DNA of 38,007 nt, from positions 1-38,007 of the forward strand of contig JAKBYW010000001.1 of NCBI GenBank assembly GCA_021840275.1. The letters run 5' to 3'. This DNA comes from Chloroflexota bacterium. Its GTDB lineage: Bacteria; Chloroflexota; Anaerolineae; Anaerolineales; Villigracilaceae. Shown here piece after piece: positions 27,443 to 35,115 of this stretch; position 1 is the stretch's first letter, and each line of letters starts with the position of its first letter. The notes beneath the pieces are model-generated. The model made no database searches and was not told the DNA's origin. It saw only the letters and a list, made by a program, of their open reading frames with translations. The translations under genes and the position numbers were made by a program.

Positions 27443-27905
27443 CCAAATATTGCTTTGGCGATGTAATCCCAAGGGAACACAATATTTGGTGTCAGCAAGA
27501 CTAGTTGTGCCCATATATGGAGGTTCCAGCCAAATGAACTATGTCAACAATTACGCTCCCTCCTTCCAGGGAGCGTAATTGTCTAAAGAAAGGTGCTGTG
27601 AATCCTTGAATGCGGGAATACATACATTGGATATGTTATTCGTGTTTGGCGAATAGCAAAAGACTGATCTAAGCGCGCGCCTCAAGGCTATACATCTGAT
27701 GTATAGTCGAGCAACTTAGCGGAAGAAATACTCACTGCGGCATAATTTTATACGGTTACTTATACCCGTATACATGATATATGCCGCGCTGGGCAACTTT
27801 GCATTCAACTTTGAAGCTAAAAATATGCGATTTGGGAAATGAATTTAATACTAACCTGACTTTCACTTAGGTTGCTCGCGACCATCGCTATTGGCAGATA
27901 AAGTA
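27443..27905. repeat. Non-coding ~460-nt repeat element, copy 2
   Basis: It aligns with 1-470 and lies in a 667-nt gene-free gap (27254-27920). Confidence 0.85.
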
Positions 27906-27920
27906 AGCCACTTGGAATAA

Positions 27921-30008
27921 CTATTTTTGTTTCAGCAATCTTGCTGAATTTCCCATGATGCCAATGTCGGGCAGGGATTGCGCTGCGGCGGCAAGGACGG
28001 GAGGAAGTATGCCAATCGCCGCAAGGGACAATCCTACAAGGTTATATACAGTGGTGAACGCCAGATTCATTTTGACAATGTTCATGGTGCGCTTGGCGAT
28101 CTTCAAGACATCGGGTACCAAATTCCAATCTTCGCGCATGAGGGCGATATGAGCTGCTTCGATGGCGACATCCGTGCCTGCCGCGCCCATTGCGATACCA
28201 ATATTCGCCTGGGCAAGCGCGGGTGCGTCGTTCACGCCGTCGCCGATCATAACAACGATGTGTCCCTTTGCCTGATATTCCTTCACCACATCGATCTTGT
28301 GTTCTGGAAGAAGATTGGCACGATAGGAGACTCCCAGTTTTTCTGCAAGCGTGGCAGCCGTTCTTTCATTATCACCTGTGAGCAGTTCAATATGTCGAAT
28401 GCCGAGGGAACGAACTTCAGCCAGGGCGGCCGGCACTTCGGAACGTAATGTATCTGCTGCCGCAAACACGCCCACTAATTCCTGATCGCGTTCCATGAAT
28501 AAGAGGGTTTTGCCCTGTGCTTCCAGGTCTGCGGCGATGGGCAACGACACGGCAGAGGGGATCATGCGTCGATTACCGACTCGAATGGTTTGAGAATTGA
28601 TGATCGCCTGGACGCCATGTCCTGGCACGGCTTCGAATTTCTCGGGTTCGATCAACGCGGCATTTTCCTCACGAGCAAGGACGCGTACCGCTTCCGCCAG
28701 CGGATGTTCGGAGTAACGTTCGGCAGAGACGGCAAGGCCAAGCAGGTCTGCGCGTGACAATCCGTTCAATGAAATTACATCAGTTATTTGCGGTTGACCG
28801 AGGGTGAGCGTGCCGGTTTTATCCACGAGCAGAACATCAGCTTTTGCTAATAATTCGAGATACTTGCCGCCCTTGATCAGCAACCCGCGTTTGGCACTGG
28901 CGCCCACGGAGGCAAGCATGGCAACCGGTGTTGCCAATGCGAAGGAACAGGAACAGGCAACCAACAGAACAGCGGCGGTTGCCAATGGGTTGCGGCTGAT
29001 CAGGAAAGTTAATGCCGCGATGATGGCAACCACTGGAAGATACCAGGCGCTGAATTTGTCGGCAACTCGTTGAACATCGGCACGATGCGCTTCTGCCTCC
29101 TCCACCATCTTGACCACGCGCCCAAAGGTCGTATCCGTTCCAATCCGCTCAGTGCGGATACGCAGACTGCCCAGTTTTGCAATTGTCGCTGCATATACAT
29201 GGGTTCCGCTTGCGGCTTCAACAGGCATGGATTCGCCGGTGATGGCGGATTGATCGATAGTCGCCTGTCCGCTGATGACTTCACCGTCCACAGCGATCTT
29301 TTCGCCTGGACGCACGGTAATTGTTTCACCAAGTTTCACCTCCGCGACAGGGATCTCCACTTCCATCCCATCGCGTTCCACGCGGGCGGTCTGCGGGGCA
29401 AGGGAGGTTAATTCTTTTACCGCGCGGCGGGCGGATTCAGTGGTGAAGTTCTCTACATAATCGCCGACACGCATGAAGACAACCACAAGTGCTGCTGTGA
29501 CCCATTGACCGACAACCAGCGCTGCTATCACACCGATGGTCATCAGAGTGTGCGAAATAATCTGGCGTTTCAATGTGGCGCGAATCACGTTCATAAAGAC
29601 AGGGTAGCCGCCTGCCAGTACAATCACAACTCCAATTGGGAAGGGGATCAGGTCATTGAGAAAATCGAACAAGCCCAACCCTTCGCCGAAGATCACCACA
29701 CTCAAAATGATGGCAAACACGCTGACCAGTAGGATCGTCAGTCGGCGGTTGAAATCGCCCATCGAGACGGGGTCAGCTTTGGGGGAGTCTGAGGCGGGCA
29801 CATCATATCCTGCACCCTGAACGGCGGTGCGGATGGTAGTCATATCCACCTGCGCAGGGTCAAGTTTCACCACGGCTTTTTCCGTGCCGAGGAAAACATT
29901 CACGGATTGCACACCTGGCAGTTTTTCGATGGCATGTTGAACATGCTGTGTGCATTCAGCGCAGTCCATGCCGGAGATGGGGATTTCTAGAGTTTGCGGG
30001 TTAGCCAT
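27921..30008 (-). CDS. Heavy-metal P1B-type ATPase with an atypical CSC transmembrane motif
   Basis: N-terminal HMA domain (GMDCAEC), TGES, DKTGTLT, SEHPL and GDGVNDAPAL. The M6 motif reads ACSCSF (TGT TCC TGT at 28955-28947) instead of CPC. The last TM carries PDIG (DxG-like, Zn/Cd/Pb type) rather than the Cu-type MxxSS. Confidence 0.9.
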   Translation of the reverse strand: MANPQTLEIPISGMDCAECTQHVQHAIEKLPGVQSVNVFLGTEKAVVKLDPAQVDMTTIRTAVQGAGYDVPASDSPKADPVSMGDFNRRLTILLVSVFAIILSVVIFGEGLGLFDFLNDLIPFPIGVVIVLAGGYPVFMNVIRATLKRQIISHTLMTIGVIAALVVGQWVTAALVVVFMRVGDYVENFTTESARRAVKELTSLAPQTARVERDGMEVEIPVAEVKLGETITVRPGEKIAVDGEVISGQATIDQSAITGESMPVEAASGTHVYAATIAKLGSLRIRTERIGTDTTFGRVVKMVEEAEAHRADVQRVADKFSAWYLPVVAIIAALTFLISRNPLATAAVLLVACSCSFALATPVAMLASVGASAKRGLLIKGGKYLELLAKADVLLVDKTGTLTLGQPQITDVISLNGLSRADLLGLAVSAERYSEHPLAEAVRVLAREENAALIEPEKFEAVPGHGVQAIINSQTIRVGNRRMIPSAVSLPIAADLEAQGKTLLFMERDQELVGVFAAADTLRSEVPAALAEVRSLGIRHIELLTGDNERTAATLAEKLGVSYRANLLPEHKIDVVKEYQAKGHIVVMIGDGVNDAPALAQANIGIAMGAAGTDVAIEAAHIALMREDWNLVPDVLKIAKRTMNIVKMNLAFTTVYNLVGLSLAAIGILPPVLAAAAQSLPDIGIMGNSARLLKQK

Positions 30009-30348
30009 TGTTGGAATCCTTTACGTTATAGCGTGTACATTCATAAACGCCTTTGGCAACATCAGCGAGAAGTTCGTCTGCTAATAGAAGCAGTTTTGCG
30101 ACGCGATCATCGCTCAGGGAGTAGTACGAGAAGCGTCCCTGTTGGCGGACCGTGACCAGTCCGCAATCGCGCAGACAGGATAAGTGGTTGGAAACATTGG
30201 GTTGGGTGAAACCTGTGGCTTGCACCAGATCGCTGACGGTTCGCTCCTGTTCAAGCAGTGCTTCAAGGATGGAAAGACGGGAGGGGTCGGCGAAGCCGCG
30301 AAAAAGTTTGGCTTGCAAGTCAATGCTGGAAGTTGTGGATGTCAACAT
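30001..30348 (-). CDS. ArsR/SmtB-family metalloregulator, CmtR-like (Cd/Pb sensor type)
   Basis: PNVSNHLSCLRDCGLV matches the CmtR alpha4 Cys pair segment as I recall it, with an additional C-terminal Cys (YECTRY). There is an 8-nt overlap with the ATPase start. Confidence 0.8.
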   Translation of the reverse strand: MLTSTTSSIDLQAKLFRGFADPSRLSILEALLEQERTVSDLVQATGFTQPNVSNHLSCLRDCGLVTVRQQGRFSYYSLSDDRVAKLLLLADELLADVAKGVYECTRYNVKDSNNG

Positions 30349-30357
30349 ATTTCATTG

Positions 30358-30383
30358 TATCACTATATCAGTATATAATGATA
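30358..30383. promoter_or_regulatory. Candidate ArsR-type operator (imperfect 11-4-11 palindrome)
   Basis: TATCACTATAT-CAGT-ATATAATGATA with 10/11 arm positions complementary. It lies 10 nt upstream of the repressor ATG and overlaps TATAAT-like hexamers on both strands. Confidence 0.5.
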
Positions 30384-30499
30384 TTATAATCAGAGAGATT
30401 AAACTGTCAAGGATCGTTAGGACTCTTTCACATGTTCTACATAACTTCTATACATTGGGCGAGTATCCTGTATGAAACTTCACAAACAGGAGATTGCAC

Positions 30500-31309
30500 A
30501 TGAAATTCCTAAAAATCATTCTTGGTCTGGTTGCCGCTGGCGCCCTGTTGGCGGGCGGATTTATGGCAGGCGCGTTCATCACACAGCCGCGCGCCGCGAG
30601 CTTCCCCGCGCAACAGTTTGCCCAACCGACGTTCATTCCGCAACAGCAATATCAACCCACGATAGTTCCACAACAACAAATTCAACCCACAGTGGTTCCA
30701 CAACAACAAATTCAACCCACAGTGGTTCTACAACAACCCCAGGTTACGCCAATTCCGCAGACAACCCTGCCTGCCATTCCACCACAGGACCAATGGAGAC
30801 CAGGCATGTGGATGATGGGTTCCCAGGGAGAATGGGAACATGGTTGGATGACGAATCCGAACTACTCACAGCAGGGACAACCAGGCTGGGGCATGATGCA
30901 CGATTGGGAGGACCACAACTGGAGTGGAATGCACGGCGGCATGATGAACGGATATGGTAATGGTTCGCAGGCGAATCCGAATTGGAATTCCACGCCGACT
31001 GTACCCAACGGCTCGCCGTATTATCCCACTCCCTCGACTCCTGTTTCATTCAGGAATAACGTCCAGCCCATCTTTGTCTCGCGCTGTATCGCCTGTCACG
31101 GCGGGACAAATGGGTTGTATCTTGACACATACGATAACGTGAGGAAAGGCGGCGTAAACGGCGCGGTCATCATCCCTGGTGATGTATACAACAGCCGTCT
31201 TGCTTACTACGTGTACAGCGGCTACATGCCCTTCCGCAACGCGCCTCTCACTCCAGCGGAAATCCAAACCATTTTGGATTGGATCGCGGCGGGCGCTCCC
31301 AACAATTAG
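30500..31309 (+). CDS. Membrane-anchored protein: Q/P repeat linker, Met/Trp/His/Gly-rich region and C-terminal PSCyt1-type c-heme domain
   Basis: Signal anchor, QPTVVPQQQI repeats and GMWMMG...GWGMMHDWEDHNWSGMHGGMMNGYG. A CIACHGG (CxxCH) motif is followed by LYLDTY...KGG...MP...ILDWIAAGA. The ATG at 30500 is 7 nt after AGGAG. The track ORF starts at a TTG at 30494. Confidence 0.8.
   Translation: MKFLKIILGLVAAGALLAGGFMAGAFITQPRAASFPAQQFAQPTFIPQQQYQPTIVPQQQIQPTVVPQQQIQPTVVLQQPQVTPIPQTTLPAIPPQDQWRPGMWMMGSQGEWEHGWMTNPNYSQQGQPGWGMMHDWEDHNWSGMHGGMMNGYGNGSQANPNWNSTPTVPNGSPYYPTPSTPVSFRNNVQPIFVSRCIACHGGTNGLYLDTYDNVRKGGVNGAVIIPGDVYNSRLAYYVYSGYMPFRNAPLTPAEIQTILDWIAAGAPNN
30641..30740 (+). repeat. In-frame 30-nt tandem repeat (about 3 units) inside the CDS
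   Basis: Units 30671-30700 and 30701-30730 differ at 1 nt. The flanking units are degenerate. They encode QPTVVPQQQI. Confidence 0.85.
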
Positions 31310-31328
31310 CCTGAAAGGAAATGATAAA

Positions 31329-31640
31329 ATGAAAAACATTACCCTCTGGATCGTGATTGGCGTAATTGCCATCTTCTTACTTGGCTTATTTGGCGGCATG
31401 TTCATGCCGTTTGGATGGAACAACTCTGCTTATGGTTACGGCTGTGATGGCTGGAATGGATACGGTATGATGGGCTATCGCGGCTTTATGCCTATGATGG
31501 GTGGCTGGGGCATGGCGCCTTTTGGATTTTTTGGCATGGCGCTCATGTGGCTCATTCCGCTCGGCGTTCTTGCGCTCATCGTCGGCGGCATATTCTGGCT
31601 TGTACGCACCCTCACACAAAAGAAGGCTTCCCCATCCTAG
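31329..31640 (+). CDS. Small 2-TM membrane protein with a Gly/Met/Trp-rich loop
   Basis: MKNITLWIVIGVIAIFLL...GMMGYRGFMPMMGGWGMAPFGFFGM...LIVGGIFWLV. This is an internal ATG of track ORF 31179-31640, preceded by GGAAATG. Confidence 0.6.
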   Translation: MKNITLWIVIGVIAIFLLGLFGGMFMPFGWNNSAYGYGCDGWNGYGMMGYRGFMPMMGGWGMAPFGFFGMALMWLIPLGVLALIVGGIFWLVRTLTQKKASPS

Positions 31641-31661
31641 TCGAACTCGAATAGCAGGAGA

Positions 31662-32366
31662 TTGATCTTGGCAGACAAAATTTTAGTCGTAGAAGATGAA
31701 GCGCACATCACGCGCACCCTGCGCTTATATCTTGAACAGGCTGGCTACCAGGTTGCCATCATTGCCGATGGCGCGCTGGCAATGCCAGCCTTTCGGCATG
31801 AAAAGCCAGACCTGGTCATTTTAGACCTGCACCTGCCTCATGTGGATGGCTGGGAGGTCTGCCGCCAGATCCGCCACGAAGCGGATACGCCAATCATCAT
31901 GCTCACTGCCCGCAGCGAAGAGAGTGACAAATTGATCGGATTGGAATTGGGCGCGGATGATTACGTCACCAAGCCGTTCAGTCCGCGTGAAGTGACGGCG
32001 CGTGTGCGTGTGGTCCTGCGCCGAAGCCGTGGACAGGTGCAACCGCCGCCCATCCTGCGCGCCGACACGCTCATCCTGGACCTGGAAGCGCATACCGCAA
32101 CCAAGGATAACAAGCCTCTTGATCTGACGCCCACCGAATACGACATCCTAGCCGCGTTCATGCGCCATCCTGGGCAGGCATTCACCCGATTGCAGTTGGT
32201 CGAGGCCGCGCAAGGTATGGCTTATGAAGGCTACGAGCGTGTGATGGATCAGCACATCAAAAACCTGCGCGCCAAAGTGGGCGACGATGCCCGCACGCCG
32301 CGATTCATTGAAACAGTGTTTGGCGTGGGCTATCGTTTCTCTGCGGAGTTTCGTCATGATGCGTAG
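31662..32366 (+). CDS. OmpR/PhoB-family response regulator
   Basis: Receiver domain (VEDE, LVILDLHLP, MLTA) and winged-helix domain (LTPTEYDIL, VFGVGYRF). The start is TTG at 31662, or TTG at 31668 which is 7 nt after AGGAG. Confidence 0.9.
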   Translation: MILADKILVVEDEAHITRTLRLYLEQAGYQVAIIADGALAMPAFRHEKPDLVILDLHLPHVDGWEVCRQIRHEADTPIIMLTARSEESDKLIGLELGADDYVTKPFSPREVTARVRVVLRRSRGQVQPPPILRADTLILDLEAHTATKDNKPLDLTPTEYDILAAFMRHPGQAFTRLQLVEAAQGMAYEGYERVMDQHIKNLRAKVGDDARTPRFIETVFGVGYRFSAEFRHDA

Positions 32367-33798
32367 CCTGTGGCTTAAACTGATGGGCGCATTTCTGCTG
32401 GTCGTGTTGATCGGCGGCGGCATCGATACCTACCTGGTCAGCCGTTCAACCCAGACTCAATTCAGCCAGTTTGTCAATCAGAATGGCAGGGCGTTCGTGC
32501 GGCAACTTGCCCCAACTCTGGCGCAATATTACGCCAGTCATGGAAACTGGCAGGGAGTGGAGAGCTTGCTCGATAATCCCTGGGGTAGCATGATGATGAA
32601 TGATGGCATGGGGATGATGGGAGAAAATGATTGGGACATGTGGCAGGGCGGGAATGGAGTGAGGGACATGGGTTCCAATTCAAGCCCTTGGAGCATGATG
32701 GGAGTGCGCCTCCTGCTTGCCGATGCGCGGGGGACCATCGTCGCGGATAGCGCGGGGCAGGATGTTGGAAAGACGATCTCCTCGGCTGACCTTGCAGTTG
32801 GTGAGCCAGTTCTTGTTGGAAATCAACAGGTGGGAACAATCCTGCCTCTTTTTGCGGGAACGACCGCGCCCAATGCAGCAGATGACTTTGTCTCATCCGT
32901 CAATCACTCCACCTGGCTGGCTGGAGGTATTGCCGCGCTCGTCGCCTTGCTTCTTGGCTCCGTTCTATTCTTTCAAATCGTTTCACCTGTACAGCGGTTG
33001 ACTTCCGCCGCTCAGAAAATCGCGGCTGGAGATTTAAGTCAGCGCATTCCAACCCAATCACAGGATGAAATTGGCACACTGGCAACATCCTTCAACCAGA
33101 TGGCAGACTCACTTGCAAAACATGAGGAATTGCGCCGCAACCTGATTGCCGATATCGCGCACGAACTGCGGACGCCGCTTACGGTTATTCAGGGAAATCT
33201 TGAAGCCATGCTGGATGGGGTGCTGCTAGCCAGCCCGCAGGAAATTGCAACCCTTCGGGATGAAACGGCATTGCTGGCGCGTCTCGTCTCAGACTTGCGG
33301 TTGCTTTCGCTGGCGGAAGCGGGTCAACTGAAGCTAGAGCGCGTCAAAACCGACCCTGCGGAACTGGTTGCGCGCGCGGTGGAACCGTTCCGCCTGCAAG
33401 CGCAGTCCAGCCAGGTTGAACTGGCAATGGACATTAAATCGAATCTGCCTCTCATCCATGTGGATGCAGACCGTATCGCGCAGGTGATTCGCAATCTGGT
33501 GAGTAATGCTTTGCGTCATACGCCTTCAGGAGGGCGGGTGAAAGTAGCCTGCGGCAAAGATAATTCCCAAAGCCTTTTCATCACGGTATCTGATACAGGC
33601 GAAGGTATTCCACCTGATGATCTTCCCTTTGTCTTTGACCGCTTCTACCGCGCCGACAAATCCCGTTCACGCGCGAGCGGCGGATCAGGGATTGGACTTG
33701 CGATTGCCAAACAACTGGTCGAAGCGCATGGCGGGAAAGTATGGGTGGAAAGTCAGCCAGATTGCGGGGCAACATTTGGATTTACATTGCCATCTTGA
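32356..33798 (+). CDS. Sensor histidine kinase with a Met-rich periplasmic loop
   Basis: Two TM segments, HAMP domain, H-box IADIAHELRTPLT and HATPase N/G boxes. The periplasmic loop contains WGSMMMNDGMGMMGENDWDMWQGG. The ATG at 32356 overlaps the RR stop by 11 nt. Confidence 0.9.
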   Translation: MMRSLWLKLMGAFLLVVLIGGGIDTYLVSRSTQTQFSQFVNQNGRAFVRQLAPTLAQYYASHGNWQGVESLLDNPWGSMMMNDGMGMMGENDWDMWQGGNGVRDMGSNSSPWSMMGVRLLLADARGTIVADSAGQDVGKTISSADLAVGEPVLVGNQQVGTILPLFAGTTAPNAADDFVSSVNHSTWLAGGIAALVALLLGSVLFFQIVSPVQRLTSAAQKIAAGDLSQRIPTQSQDEIGTLATSFNQMADSLAKHEELRRNLIADIAHELRTPLTVIQGNLEAMLDGVLLASPQEIATLRDETALLARLVSDLRLLSLAEAGQLKLERVKTDPAELVARAVEPFRLQAQSSQVELAMDIKSNLPLIHVDADRIAQVIRNLVSNALRHTPSGGRVKVACGKDNSQSLFITVSDTGEGIPPDDLPFVFDRFYRADKSRSRASGGSGIGLAIAKQLVEAHGGKVWVESQPDCGATFGFTLPS

Positions 33799-33818
33799 CG
33801 AGTCCTCGATAGCGGGTA

Positions 33819-33858
33819 TATAATCTCAAATAGTTGAGCAACTATTCAACTATTTGAG
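33819..33858 (+). promoter_or_regulatory. Candidate -10 box plus ArsR-type operator of the ICMT-czrA-like-ATPase operon
   Basis: TATAAT (33819-33824) is followed directly by a perfect 13-bp inverted repeat, CTCAAATAGTTGA (33825-33837) / TCAACTATTTGAG (33846-33858). It ends 6 nt before the ATG at 33865. Confidence 0.6.
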
Positions 33859-33864
33859 ATTTAC

Positions 33865-34467
33865 ATGACAACCCTCCTAAAAATCTTTCTCCCCATTTAC
33901 TTCCTGTTGTTCTTCGGACTTGCCATGTTCTGGCGTTCGTATATCGCGTGGAAACGAACAGGCATCAACCCTTATAAACTGGGTAAGGGCGATACCGTTC
34001 ATGACTTCGTTGGCAAACTGTTTCGTCTGACCTTGATCGCCACTGCGTTGATCGTGTTCGTGTTTTCCTTCATGGATCAGTATTATGAATGGCTTTCTCC
34101 CATTGCATGGATAAATTCCTCCGTGCTGATGATCCTCGGGATCGCATTGCTCGTTCTGGCTTTGATCTGGGTGCTGGTTGCCCAGCTTCAAATGGGTGAT
34201 TCGTGGCGCATCGGCATTGATGAAAAAAGTGAATCCGTCCTCGTCCAACACGGCTTGTTCGGCGTTTCACGCAACCCCATCTTCCTGGGGATGCTGGTCA
34301 TGCTGGTGGGTTTGCTGTTATTATTGCCCACCGCTATCACCCTGACAGTAACCGTACTTGGTGTCGTCTTGATCCATGTCCAAGTGCGACTGGAAGAGGC
34401 TTTCCTCACAGAAAAATATGGTGAGGACTACCGTAAGCACCAAATGAGTGTGCGCCGCTGGTTCTAA
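33865..34467 (+). CDS. Isoprenylcysteine carboxyl methyltransferase (ICMT/PEMT)-family membrane protein
   Basis: Multi-TM protein with RNPIFLGML and a C-terminal LEEAFLTEKYGEDYRKH motif typical of the family. It is in the same family as CzcN/NccN-type metal-cluster proteins, as I recall. Confidence 0.8.
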   Translation: MTTLLKIFLPIYFLLFFGLAMFWRSYIAWKRTGINPYKLGKGDTVHDFVGKLFRLTLIATALIVFVFSFMDQYYEWLSPIAWINSSVLMILGIALLVLALIWVLVAQLQMGDSWRIGIDEKSESVLVQHGLFGVSRNPIFLGMLVMLVGLLLLLPTAITLTVTVLGVVLIHVQVRLEEAFLTEKYGEDYRKHQMSVRRWF

Positions 34468-34469
34468 TC

Positions 34470-34769
34470 ATGGCAAAGGATAAGGTCACCCCTGAAGTCG
34501 CCTCTGATCTCGCCAACCTGTTCGATGCGCTGAGCGACCCGACCCGTATTCTCATCATCAGCGCTTTGCTCGATGGGGAGGTTGGTGTCGGCGAACTGGT
34601 GGAGCGCCTGGGGTTGACCAAGTCTGCCGTTTCGCATCAGTTGCGCGGACTGCGCGACAAGCGCCTCATTCGCACACGCAAACAGGGGCGTAACGTCTTC
34701 GTTTGTCTCGATGATAATCATGTGATCGAACTGTTCAAACGCGGTCTCGACCATGTTCTTCATGGATAA
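34470..34769 (+). CDS. ArsR/SmtB-family metalloregulator, CzrA/NmtR-like alpha5-site type
   Basis: HTH region LSDPTRILIISAL...VSHQLRGL. The alpha5 ligand pattern is LDDNHVIELFKRGLDHVLHG (D, H ... H, H). Confidence 0.85.
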   Translation: MAKDKVTPEVASDLANLFDALSDPTRILIISALLDGEVGVGELVERLGLTKSAVSHQLRGLRDKRLIRTRKQGRNVFVCLDDNHVIELFKRGLDHVLHG

Positions 34770-34770
34770 T

Positions 34771-35031
34771 ATGATGAAAGCACTCCGACGACCCTCTCTG
34801 GCTCTCCTCCTCGTCCTGCTCTTGATTGGCATTGCAGGACATCTGCTTGCACCAGTCGGCGGGTCACATCATGTTCTTTCTGAGTCCACCTGCGCTATCC
34901 ATCACGGCATGAATTTGCCAGCGAATCTTCAATCCTTCTGGAACGAGTCAAGTCTTGCTCCTGAACCGACCAATGACGATAACTGCGTCCTGAATCTGGT
35001 CCTAAAAATTTCCCATCCTCCTACCCTCTAA
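34771..35031 (+). CDS. Small exported or membrane-anchored protein with His/Cys residues
   Basis: MMKALRRPSLALLLVLLLIGIAGHLL signal-like N-terminus, then GGSHHVLSESTCAIHHGM. The ATG lies 2 nt after the repressor stop. The track ORF starts at 34753. Confidence 0.45.
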   Translation: MMKALRRPSLALLLVLLLIGIAGHLLAPVGGSHHVLSESTCAIHHGMNLPANLQSFWNESSLAPEPTNDDNCVLNLVLKISHPPTL

Positions 35032-35115
35032 TCTAAGATTGATTCATTACTGACCTGCCCATTTTATTGGGATGGGCATGAACTGTTTATCGTTATTATT
35101 CAAAAGGATTATGGT

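Noticed and set aside
27290-27480. Repeated GCGATGTAATC.CAAG.GAAC module considered as a degenerate CRISPR array
   Set aside because: There are only two nearby copies, spaced 168 nt apart (far beyond repeat-spacer periodicity), with no further regular units and no cas genes in the window.
30641-30740. 30-nt tandem repeats considered as a CRISPR or satellite feature
   Set aside because: They are in frame within a CDS and encode a QPTVVPQQQI linker. There are no spacers.
30472-30960. 162-aa ORF in an alternative frame of the PSCyt1 gene (and 30744-31049 on the minus strand)
   Set aside because: These are repeat-driven shadow ORFs. The frame starting at 30500 carries the signal anchor and the CxxCH domain.
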